Origin: an uncultured Gammaproteobacteria bacterium
Lineage (GTDB): Bacteria; Pseudomonadota; Gammaproteobacteria; Magnimaribacterales; D2472
NCBI GenBank assembly: GCA_964014565.1
Contig: CAXGZN010000001.1
Coordinates: forward strand, 175 to 64,174
Length of the DNA: 64,000 bases
Reading direction: 5' to 3'
The notes beneath the pieces are model-generated. The model searched no databases and had not been told where the DNA came from. It worked only from the letters and a program-made list of their open reading frames with translations. Below, in pieces: positions 29,882-38,107 of this stretch (its first letter is position 1; each line of letters opens with the position of its first letter). Made by a program: the position numbers and the translations under genes.

Positions 29882-30304
29882 ATGTTTGATACTAAGTCAT
29901 CCTTTATTTTATCTAAATTAGGCATCCAGAGGTTTCAATCTCAAATAAATAACTCAAATTCAGAAGTAATATCTGGCGTACTCTGGGGCGATATTCTAAC
30001 ACTCTTGGACAAATCATTTAATGAATTAGAAGAGAATGAATTAAAGTTATTAATCAAAATAATAAAATCTATTGTCAAAGATGATAGCGAATATCCCTTT
30101 TCTAAAGAAATAAATAATCTTAGTGAAATTAATGAGAAGCCAAAACTTATAATATCCTTTACAGATTTGAAGCCCAATCTGATAAAAGAATTATCTCCAC
30201 TGATTAAATCTAAACCTCTTTCTGTGCTTGAAAACAGTCTAAAGGACAAAAAAACACTATGGTCAAAGATTAAGGAACATAAAAATGGATCTTCAGCTGG
30301 CTAG
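29882..30304 (+). CDS. holD: probable DNA polymerase III psi subunit (HolD-like)
   Basis: 140 aa lying immediately upstream of, and overlapping, rimI, like the E. coli holD-rimI pair. There are weak but collinear similarities to E. coli psi from memory: LSKLGIQRF against LQQLGITQW, and a C-terminal K.LWSKI against AALWQQI. Confidence 0.45.
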   Translation: MFDTKSSFILSKLGIQRFQSQINNSNSEVISGVLWGDILTLLDKSFNELEENELKLLIKIIKSIVKDDSEYPFSKEINNLSEINEKPKLIISFTDLKPNLIKELSPLIKSKPLSVLENSLKDKKTLWSKIKEHKNGSSAG

Positions 30305-30722
30305 CTTTGGTGATTTAGAACAAATCTCAACGATTGAAAAAGAAACGAATGAATATCCTTGGACTTCAAATAATTTTAGGTCTTCATTGGATGCAGGAAA
30401 TAGTTCTATAGTTCTAAAGAATAATAAAAATATTCTCGGATATGCTTTTTTTTCAGTTATTGGAACCGACTCACATTTATTAAACATCACCGTTTCGAAG
30501 AATTATCAAGGAAGAGGCTATGGAAAAAAAATTCTTAAGAAGGTTCTTTTCCAATCAAAAGTCTTAGGAGCTTCTATTGTTTTTCTTGAAGTGCGAGTAA
30601 GTAATCACAAAGCAATAGATTTTTACGAAAAATTTGGATTCAAGAGAGATGCTATTAGGTATAACTATTATGATGGTAACCCTAAGGAAGATGCATTATT
30701 GATGTCCAAGCAAGGACTATAA
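30285..30722 (+). CDS. rimI: ribosomal-protein-alanine N-acetyltransferase RimI (GNAT)
   Basis: 145 aa. It has the GNAT motif YQGRGYGKKIL, and FLEVRVSNHKAIDFYEKFGF..IRYNYY is collinear with E. coli RimI. Confidence 0.78.
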   Translation: MDLQLASFGDLEQISTIEKETNEYPWTSNNFRSSLDAGNSSIVLKNNKNILGYAFFSVIGTDSHLLNITVSKNYQGRGYGKKILKKVLFQSKVLGASIVFLEVRVSNHKAIDFYEKFGFKRDAIRYNYYDGNPKEDALLMSKQGL

Positions 30723-31196
30723 AATCTTCTCAATTTCCTTTCTAATATACTTTGGTTCAACTCTTGGACTAAATCTCTCAACAATTTTTCCATTGTTGTT
30801 GATAAGAAATTTTGTAAAGTTCCACTTTATTGATTGAGTCCTAAAAATACCAGGTTTATCACTTTTAAGTAGCTTGAATAAAGGATGTGCTTCGGGGCCA
30901 TTAACTTTAATTTTAGAAAAGATTGGAAAAGATACTGAGTAGTTAAGATCACAGAATTCACCAATTTCTTGATCAGTTCCTGGCTCTTGTCCGCCAAACT
31001 GATTGCATGGGAAACCAAGGATAACAAAATTCCTATCTTTATAGTCATCATATAGTTTTTGGAGACCTTCATATTGAGGCGTAAGACCGCATTTACTTGC
31101 TACATTAACAATTAAAAGTGTTTTACCAGCAAATTCAGACAAACTAATATCGCCATTAGCTGAGTCCTTCACATTAATATTGTATATATCAACCAT
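30717..31196 (-). CDS. glutathione peroxidase (Cys type)
   Basis: 159 aa with NVASKCGLT (a TGC Cys codon, not TGA), LGFPCNQFGGQEPG and WNFTKFLI. Confidence 0.92.
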   Translation of the reverse strand: MVDIYNINVKDSANGDISLSEFAGKTLLIVNVASKCGLTPQYEGLQKLYDDYKDRNFVILGFPCNQFGGQEPGTDQEIGEFCDLNYSVSFPIFSKIKVNGPEAHPLFKLLKSDKPGIFRTQSIKWNFTKFLINNNGKIVERFSPRVEPKYIRKEIEKIL

Positions 31197-31278
31197 GGAT
31201 CTTTAGATGACCTAATTTAAAAGTTAATTTGTAGAAATATCTCCCTTAGCGCTATTATACAGCATTAATTTTTGTATT

Positions 31279-31740
31279 ATGAATAACAAGTCTAGATTCA
31301 TTTGGCATAATTTTGACTCAATCTCAAAGGAAGAGCTTTACGATGTTTTAAGCCTTAGGCAAAGAGTTTTTATAATTGAGCAAGATTGTTTCTATGAAGA
31401 TTTAGATTATTCCGATCAAGAAGCAAACCATCTTCTTCTTTACAGAGATAATAAGCTAATTGGCTATTCAAGGGTTTTTCAACCGGGTATTAAATATGAT
31501 GCTGCCTCAATTGGAAGAATCGTTATTGATTTAGGATTTAGAGGAAAAGGTTATGGAAGGGATATTACTCAAGAATCTATACAATTTTTAAAAAATAATT
31601 TTCCTGGATCAGATATTAGTATATCTGCCCAATATAGACTGGTGGATTTCTATGAAGATCTTGGCTTTGAAAGAGAGGGCAGCGTCTACTTAGAAGATGA
31701 TATTGACCATATTAAGATGACCCTAAAGGCAAATAAATAA
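31279..31740 (+). CDS. GNAT acetyltransferase, ElaA-like
   Basis: 153 aa. LYDVLSLRQRVFIIEQDCFYEDLD resembles the ElaA family N-terminus, and RGKGYGRDI is a GNAT motif. Confidence 0.72.
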   Translation: MNNKSRFIWHNFDSISKEELYDVLSLRQRVFIIEQDCFYEDLDYSDQEANHLLLYRDNKLIGYSRVFQPGIKYDAASIGRIVIDLGFRGKGYGRDITQESIQFLKNNFPGSDISISAQYRLVDFYEDLGFEREGSVYLEDDIDHIKMTLKANK

Positions 31741-31798
31741 AAATTAAAAGCTTCTATAAAACAATACTAATAATATGAGATAATTGTCAAAAAATATT

Positions 31799-33547
31799 AT
31801 GTTCAAAATTAAATATCTCTATATGTTTTCTATTACTTTGCTGCTGATAGGCTGTAGCGGAAGTGATGATGAGAGTGTCTCTACTCTGGAGGCCACAGTT
31901 ACTTCTTCTAATGATGCTCCTTTATATGATGAAACATACACAATTAGCTGGGAATCAAATGCAAGCCAATGCTATGCAACTTCCACAACAGGATCATGGC
32001 TTGGTGAGCTAGCGCCCTCTGGAAGCCAGGATTTTGTTGCTAAGAGGGGAGGCACAGCAAACTATGGGGTGCAGTGCAGAAAAAGTATAAGTTTTGTAAA
32101 TGCTTCAACGGATGTGGTCGTTAGTAAGGACTTTATTGATTATTTTGATTTTGATGATGTGCAAACTTATGATCTTGGTTCTTTGAATATTAGTCTTGAT
32201 AATAATTTAGATGTTCTTGATACGACTATAAGCGACTTTAATGGAGATTTTCTTCTCGATATTGTTTTGTTATTAGAGGATTCTGGTACACAGGATTTAG
32301 GCGATTCAACTTATTTTATTCTAGCTTTCTATGGTCGAGATCTATCAACAATTAATGATGAAAATCCTTTTGTAGTTCAGGAAATTAATCAAGGAAATTG
32401 TGTTGGAGATAAATTAATTAGAGCCGATTATAACGTGGATGGAGCTCTTGATATTATGACAGTTTCGAAATCCGCAGATGAGTCACTAAACAAAAGAGGG
32501 ATTTGTATCTTTCTCACATCTGAAGATGGATTAGTCCTCCAAGATGAGGATTATATTATCAATGAAACAGCTCTGGATTTATCTAATATAGAAATTGGAT
32601 CTACTGTCGCTTACGATCTAACTTCCAATCTGAGACCTGATATTTTACTTTTAGGAAATGGTGGAACCACAGATTTACCATTTTACATATCACCGTCAGA
32701 AGAGGGACCTTCAGTTGTGCTATCAAATCCTCTTAATACTCTTAATCCATATACAAGAAGTCAAGGTTGCGCAGAAGGAATTACTTATTTATGTGACTGG
32801 GTTTCAAGAGAATATCATTTTGAGGATTCAGTTATAGTTAATGCAGATACCGATGGAATTTTAGATATAATTCACTCAATAAATACCTCTGAAGGCCCAA
32901 CCTACACTCTCTATAACACAAGATTTGAAGATGTTTATTTTGATTGGTCTTTACCAGTAGAGGATTATATTTCAACATCTATTTCATCTGGTGACGGGGT
33001 TGCTTTAAGGATGGCACCAACTGATGGAAACTTAGACGGACGAACTGATTTATTAGTATTTGAAAAAAGTTTATCTAGCGACACTTTTAAAATAAGCATT
33101 CATGAAAAAGTTTTTTCAGAAGAGGATTCCATTGATGAAATCTCTAGAACAAATAATGGCGATTTTGCCGAAGAATACTCATTTCAAAACAGTTTAAAGT
33201 TTTCAAGCGAGCTATTGGTATTTGATCTAGACAGAAATGGGTTTGCAGATATATTTATTCCTTATACAGAGCTACCATATTCGCAAGCAAATGTTGAAAG
33301 CGATAAACACTTTTTAGCTTTTGAGAAGAGCTACATTGTTAATGAAGATGAAACTACTTCTCAAGACTGGATCGTTCAAGACTTTTCAGATTTAGTAGGT
33401 TTAGATTCTAAAAGCGTATTCAACTCATGGATTGATTTTGATGGAGACAATGACATAGATGTAATATTGATGATCCCTGAAGTATCAAATGATGGCTTAT
33501 CAATAAACTACAATTTTAAAATATTTCTAAATAACTCTCTTTTCTAA
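31799..33547 (+). CDS. lipoprotein with an N-terminal Ig-like module and seven FG-GAP/VCBS-type (DxDxDG-like) repeats, predicted beta-propeller
   Basis: The track ORF 31784..33547 (TTG start) is trimmed to the ATG at 31799. It has a signal peptide with lipobox LLIGC. Seven loops are spaced about 60-75 aa apart: DFNGDFLLDI, DYNVDGALDI, DLTSNLRPDI, DTDGILDI, DGNLDGRTDL, DLDRNGFADI and DFDGDNDIDV. Confidence 0.6.
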   Translation: MFKIKYLYMFSITLLLIGCSGSDDESVSTLEATVTSSNDAPLYDETYTISWESNASQCYATSTTGSWLGELAPSGSQDFVAKRGGTANYGVQCRKSISFVNASTDVVVSKDFIDYFDFDDVQTYDLGSLNISLDNNLDVLDTTISDFNGDFLLDIVLLLEDSGTQDLGDSTYFILAFYGRDLSTINDENPFVVQEINQGNCVGDKLIRADYNVDGALDIMTVSKSADESLNKRGICIFLTSEDGLVLQDEDYIINETALDLSNIEIGSTVAYDLTSNLRPDILLLGNGGTTDLPFYISPSEEGPSVVLSNPLNTLNPYTRSQGCAEGITYLCDWVSREYHFEDSVIVNADTDGILDIIHSINTSEGPTYTLYNTRFEDVYFDWSLPVEDYISTSISSGDGVALRMAPTDGNLDGRTDLLVFEKSLSSDTFKISIHEKVFSEEDSIDEISRTNNGDFAEEYSFQNSLKFSSELLVFDLDRNGFADIFIPYTELPYSQANVESDKHFLAFEKSYIVNEDETTSQDWIVQDFSDLVGLDSKSVFNSWIDFDGDNDIDVILMIPEVSNDGLSINYNFKIFLNNSLF

Positions 33548-33555
33548 TTTTAAAT

Positions 33556-34554
33556 ATGTTTGTTCGTCTGGCTAAGGTAAAAGATTGCCAAGAGATATAT
33601 GATTTGATTAAAGATGGTGATTCGGGCATGACCACTCTGCCCAAATCAAAAGATGAAGTGCGTGAGAGAATCAGCTGGTCTAAAAAATCTTTAAATAAGA
33701 AAATAAAAAGACCCGACAAAGATTCATATCTTTTTGTTCTAAAAGAAAATAAAAAAATAGTTGGCATTTCTGCGATCTACACCTCTGTTTCAAAAAATGG
33801 AACTTCAGTCTTTTTTAAACAAAAAAAGAAGAATATTTCATCAAAAGTTTTTAAATTTAAGAAAAGTCTAGACGTTATTCAGCTTCACACAGTTAAAAAT
33901 CCATATACTGAGTTAGGTACTCTTTATTTACATCCTGATTTTAGAGGAAAGGGAAGAGGGTCTTTGTTGTCATTGGCGCGCTTTAAGTTTATGGCTCTCT
34001 GGCCAGAGAGATTTGATCAGAAAGTTGTTGCTGAAATAAGAGGTAAAGTAGATAAAGATGATAACTCAATTTTCTGGAAATACTTTAGTAAGCACTTTTT
34101 TGATGAAGAAATGTTCAACAACAATGAAATAAGTTATATAAATAATTCTTTTATTGCTGAGTCTATACCTAAACACCCATTTCTTGTAAGTCCGTTAAAT
34201 AGATCAGCTCAAAGGATAATTGGAATTCCAAATGATAATGCGCTACCTGCTTTTAAAATGATGGAATTCCAGAACTTTAAACCCAATGGCTTGGTAGATA
34301 TTATTGATGCTGGGCCTTGCCTTGACTGTAACTTAAATGAAATTAAAACAATTAAAAATAATCAGTCTGTGAAAATAAAATCATTTGGTCTTCCAGAAAA
34401 GCAATTCAGTGGCCTTGTTTCAAATACTGATCTAAAAGGTTTTAGAGTAGTCAGATCAGATTTTTCTTTTGATGGTGAAAAAGTTTCAATTCATAGAAAC
34501 CTTATTAAGACTCTTAAATTAGGAACTAATAGCAAGGTTGCAATAAATGTCTGA
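33556..34554 (+). CDS. astA: arginine N-succinyltransferase
   Basis: 332 aa. LYLHPDFRGKGRGSLLSLARFKFMALWPERFDQKVVAEIRG is collinear with E. coli AstA ([41 protein letters not shown]). Confidence 0.87.
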   Translation: MFVRLAKVKDCQEIYDLIKDGDSGMTTLPKSKDEVRERISWSKKSLNKKIKRPDKDSYLFVLKENKKIVGISAIYTSVSKNGTSVFFKQKKKNISSKVFKFKKSLDVIQLHTVKNPYTELGTLYLHPDFRGKGRGSLLSLARFKFMALWPERFDQKVVAEIRGKVDKDDNSIFWKYFSKHFFDEEMFNNNEISYINNSFIAESIPKHPFLVSPLNRSAQRIIGIPNDNALPAFKMMEFQNFKPNGLVDIIDAGPCLDCNLNEIKTIKNNQSVKIKSFGLPEKQFSGLVSNTDLKGFRVVRSDFSFDGEKVSIHRNLIKTLKLGTNSKVAINV

Positions 34555-35866
34555 AATAAACTTCGATGGTTTGATTGGTCCTACACATAACTATTCTGGT
34601 TTATCTGAAGGTAATAATGCATCAAAAAAAAATTATTCCTCACCTTCCAATCCCAAAAAGGCAGCGCTGCAAGGAATTAAAAAAGCAGAAACTTTAATTG
34701 CTTGTGGATTGAAACAGGGATTTTTCCTTCCTCATGAAAGGCCTTTTATACCAGGACTCAAAAAGCTTGGCTTTAATGGGTCTGATGAAGAGATACTTTC
34801 TTCAGCATTTAATCATTCCCAGGTTTTATTGAATAATTTTTCATCTGCCTCATCAATGTGGGCAGCTAATGCAGCAACTATATCTCCAAGCCCCGACACT
34901 CAAAATGGTAAGGTTCACTTAACGCCGGCAAATCTAAACACTATGTTTCATAGAAGCATTGAAACAGAATTTACATATCAGCAATGCAAAATAATTTTTC
35001 CAAAGAAATATTTTGAAATTCATAATCCAGCCGTCACTATTTCAGGTTATGGCGATGAGGGAGCAGCAAATCATTTAAGAATAAGTAAATCTCATAATGA
35101 GAAAGGCTTTGAAATATTTGTATATGGCGATAGTGGTTTTAAAAATGATAAAACGTCAGTGAAAAGACAAGCACTTGAAGTTTCCAGATCAATTGCCTTT
35201 AATCATAAGCTAGATATGGAAAATACTTTTTTTCTTCAGCAAAATCATCAAGCTGTTGAGGAGGGAAGCTTTCATAATGACATCGTTAGCCTCTCAAATG
35301 AAAATGTCTTAATTGCGCATGAAAAGGCTTTCCAAAATAAAGATGATTTAAATAAAATGCTTAATATACTTGAATCTAAAATTGATAATTTCCAATATAT
35401 TGAGATTTCTAGTTCTGAAATTCCCTTAAAGGATATCATCGACTCATATCTCCTTAATTCTCAACTCATTACGAACGGCGATAACGAGATGCAATTAATT
35501 CTTCCTGAAGAAGTAAAAGGATTTGAGAATTGTATGTCTTGGCTAGATAAACTAAAACAAATCTCAGATGTAAAGCTTTTTGATTTTGTTGATATTAGAC
35601 AAAGTATGATGAATGGAGGAGGGCCTGCGTGTTTAAGATTAAAAGTGATTTTAAATGATGAAGAGCTTAAAAGTCTTAACCAAAATTTCTTAATGAATAA
35701 TGAGAGACTAGAATCTATTAAATTATTAATTGAAAGAGAGTACAGAGATGTGCTTTATCCTGATGATCTTAAGGACCCAAATCTACTAGATGAGAGCAGA
35801 AGAGTCCTAGATGAGCTTACACAAATCTTTGATACCGGCTCAATATATGAATTTCAGAAACTTTAA
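34547..35866 (+). CDS. astB: N-succinylarginine dihydrolase
   Basis: 439 aa. The N-terminus EINFDGLIGPTHNYSGLSEGNNAS matches AstB, and the C-terminal GGGPACLRL contains the catalytic Cys. Confidence 0.9.
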   Translation: MSEINFDGLIGPTHNYSGLSEGNNASKKNYSSPSNPKKAALQGIKKAETLIACGLKQGFFLPHERPFIPGLKKLGFNGSDEEILSSAFNHSQVLLNNFSSASSMWAANAATISPSPDTQNGKVHLTPANLNTMFHRSIETEFTYQQCKIIFPKKYFEIHNPAVTISGYGDEGAANHLRISKSHNEKGFEIFVYGDSGFKNDKTSVKRQALEVSRSIAFNHKLDMENTFFLQQNHQAVEEGSFHNDIVSLSNENVLIAHEKAFQNKDDLNKMLNILESKIDNFQYIEISSSEIPLKDIIDSYLLNSQLITNGDNEMQLILPEEVKGFENCMSWLDKLKQISDVKLFDFVDIRQSMMNGGGPACLRLKVILNDEELKSLNQNFLMNNERLESIKLLIEREYRDVLYPDDLKDPNLLDESRRVLDELTQIFDTGSIYEFQKL

Positions 35867-35869
35867 TTC

Positions 35870-38092
35870 CTACCTATCAATTAATGGCGCTTTAAAAATA
35901 ATTGAATGAATTTCTTCAGTTATAAACGGTGCAAAAGGATGAATAAAAACAAGTATTTCTTTAAGAAGTGGGTGCAGGTTGTCAGTTTTCCCAGTTTTTT
36001 TGCATTCTTCAATATATACATCACAAAACTTATTCCAGAAAAACTCATAAACATGATTAATAGCTAAATCTAACCTGTAGTGATTTACATTATCCTCGAC
36101 ATCGGCTTTTAGCTGTTCAAATTCTTTTAATATCCATTTATCAGACTCAGATTCAGCTTCAAAATTATTCCCATTGTTTTCATAACCATTAATAAATCTT
36201 GCAGCATTCCACATTTTGGTACAAAAATTTCTAAACCCTTTTAATCTTCCAATTTCAAAACTTATATCCTTAGCATTAGTTGCAATAGAATAAAATGTCA
36301 TCCGCAAAGCATCTGTTCCATATGACTCAATACCATTTGGGAACTGTTTTTTGGTTTTTCTAGCAATCTTTTCTGCTAAACCTTCTTGCATAAGATTTGA
36401 TGTTCTTTTTTCGAGAAGATCCTCCAGAGAGATACCATATATTAAGTCAATAGGATCAATAATATTGCCTTTGGACTTTGACATTTTTTGTCCATTTTCA
36501 TCTCTTATAAGGCCAGTAACATAGACATCTTTAAATGGAATCTTTCCAGTAAATTCGATACTCATCATGATCATTCTTGCAACCCAGAAGAAAATAATGT
36601 CAAAACCAGTAACTAATAGGCTTGTTGGGAAAAAAGTTTTTAGATTTTTTGATTCATTTGGCCATCCCATTGATGCAAAAGGCCAAAGGCTCGAGGAAAA
36701 CCATGTATCTAAAACATCATCATCTTGCCTTAGCGATCTATTATCAAGTGAATAATGAGTCCGCACATCATTTTCAGAATACCCTACATAAACATTTCCA
36801 TCATCGTCATACCAAGCAGGAATTCTATGACCCCACCAGATTTGTCTGCTAATACACCAATCTTCAATATTATTCATCCAGTTAAAATAAGTCTTAATCC
36901 AGTTTTCGGGATGAAATTTAATTTCCCCATTTTCTACAGCTTTATTTGCCTTTTCAGCCATGCCCTTTGTTTTTACATACCACTGATAACTTAGCTTGGG
37001 CTCTATAACAATATTTGAGCGCTCTCCTCGAGGAACACTAATTTCATGCGGTTCCTCTTTTACAAATAAATCTAGCTTTTTAATTTCTTCAAGAACAAGC
37101 TTTCTAACTTTGAATCTGTCTAAATTTTTGAAGGGAGAAGGGACATTATCATTACTATGCGCCTCATCAGTAAAAATATTAAGTGGTTCAAAATCTTCAA
37201 TATCATCAGATATATGAACTTCATTATCTATACAATGAAGGCAGTATTTTTTGCCAATATCATAGTCGTTAAAGTCATGCCCAGGAGTAATCTTAAGGCA
37301 ACCTGTTCCAAACTCTTTATCCACATAGTCATCACCAATTATTGGGATTTTTCTCTTTACAAATGGGAGCTCAACTTTTTTTCCGATAATATCTTTGTAT
37401 CTTTCATCTTTAGGATTAACTGCTATTGCCATATCTCCAAACATAGTTTCCGGACGTGTTGTTGCAACTGTTACAAAATCATCTGAACCTATAATTGGAT
37501 ACTTTATGTACCAAATAAGACCCTTTTTTTCTTGTCTTATAACCTCCAGATCTGAAACCGCAGTTTTTAAAGATGGATCCCAGTTTACTAACCTATAACC
37601 ACGATAGATTTTCTCTTTCCTATAAAGCTCAACAAAAGCTTTAAGAACAGCTTCATTAAAACCTTCATCTAAAGTAAATCTGTAATTACTCCAATCAACT
37701 GAATTACCTAACCTTTTAATTTGTCCAGTAATTTTATTTTCTGAAAATTCTTTCCACTCCCAAACTTTTTTAACAAAATCTTCTCTACCCAAATCATTTT
37801 TATCAATATTTTCTCTCGATAGGTTGTTTTCAACGACCATTTGAGTTGCAATTCCCGCATGATCGGTACCCATCTGCCAATGAGTATTTACATCATTTAA
37901 GTGGTTGTATCTGGCATAGAAATCCATTATCGAATACTGGAAGCTATGCCCCATATGAAGAGTTCCAGTTACATTCGGAGGTGGAATAACCTGCGAAAAA
38001 GTTTGTGAAGAGTTGTTTTTACCTAAATTATTTTTTGCCCAAAACTCTGACCACTTTTCTTCAATAATAAGTGGCTCATATCTTTTATCCAT
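35870..38092 (-). CDS. valS: valyl-tRNA synthetase, C-terminally short form
   Basis: 740 aa with PPPNVTGTLHMGH (HIGH), the editing-domain motif ATTRPETMFGD, KMSKSKGN and an anticodon-binding region ending HPFAPFITEEI. No coiled-coil tail follows. Confidence 0.93.
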   Translation of the reverse strand: MDKRYEPLIIEEKWSEFWAKNNLGKNNSSQTFSQVIPPPNVTGTLHMGHSFQYSIMDFYARYNHLNDVNTHWQMGTDHAGIATQMVVENNLSRENIDKNDLGREDFVKKVWEWKEFSENKITGQIKRLGNSVDWSNYRFTLDEGFNEAVLKAFVELYRKEKIYRGYRLVNWDPSLKTAVSDLEVIRQEKKGLIWYIKYPIIGSDDFVTVATTRPETMFGDMAIAVNPKDERYKDIIGKKVELPFVKRKIPIIGDDYVDKEFGTGCLKITPGHDFNDYDIGKKYCLHCIDNEVHISDDIEDFEPLNIFTDEAHSNDNVPSPFKNLDRFKVRKLVLEEIKKLDLFVKEEPHEISVPRGERSNIVIEPKLSYQWYVKTKGMAEKANKAVENGEIKFHPENWIKTYFNWMNNIEDWCISRQIWWGHRIPAWYDDDGNVYVGYSENDVRTHYSLDNRSLRQDDDVLDTWFSSSLWPFASMGWPNESKNLKTFFPTSLLVTGFDIIFFWVARMIMMSIEFTGKIPFKDVYVTGLIRDENGQKMSKSKGNIIDPIDLIYGISLEDLLEKRTSNLMQEGLAEKIARKTKKQFPNGIESYGTDALRMTFYSIATNAKDISFEIGRLKGFRNFCTKMWNAARFINGYENNGNNFEAESESDKWILKEFEQLKADVEDNVNHYRLDLAINHVYEFFWNKFCDVYIEECKKTGKTDNLHPLLKEILVFIHPFAPFITEEIHSIIFKAPLIDR

Positions 38093-38107
38093 TTAGGTAA
38101 AAGTTCT

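Noticed and set aside
30717-31196. A possible selenocysteine in the glutathione peroxidase.
   Set aside because: The active-site codon is TGC (Cys) in NVASKCGLT. There is no in-frame TGA and no SECIS-like hairpin.
36567-37598. A chain of five plus-strand ORFs of 62-109 aa.
   Set aside because: All are antisense to the well-supported valS gene. They are fragmented across frames and show low-complexity composition.
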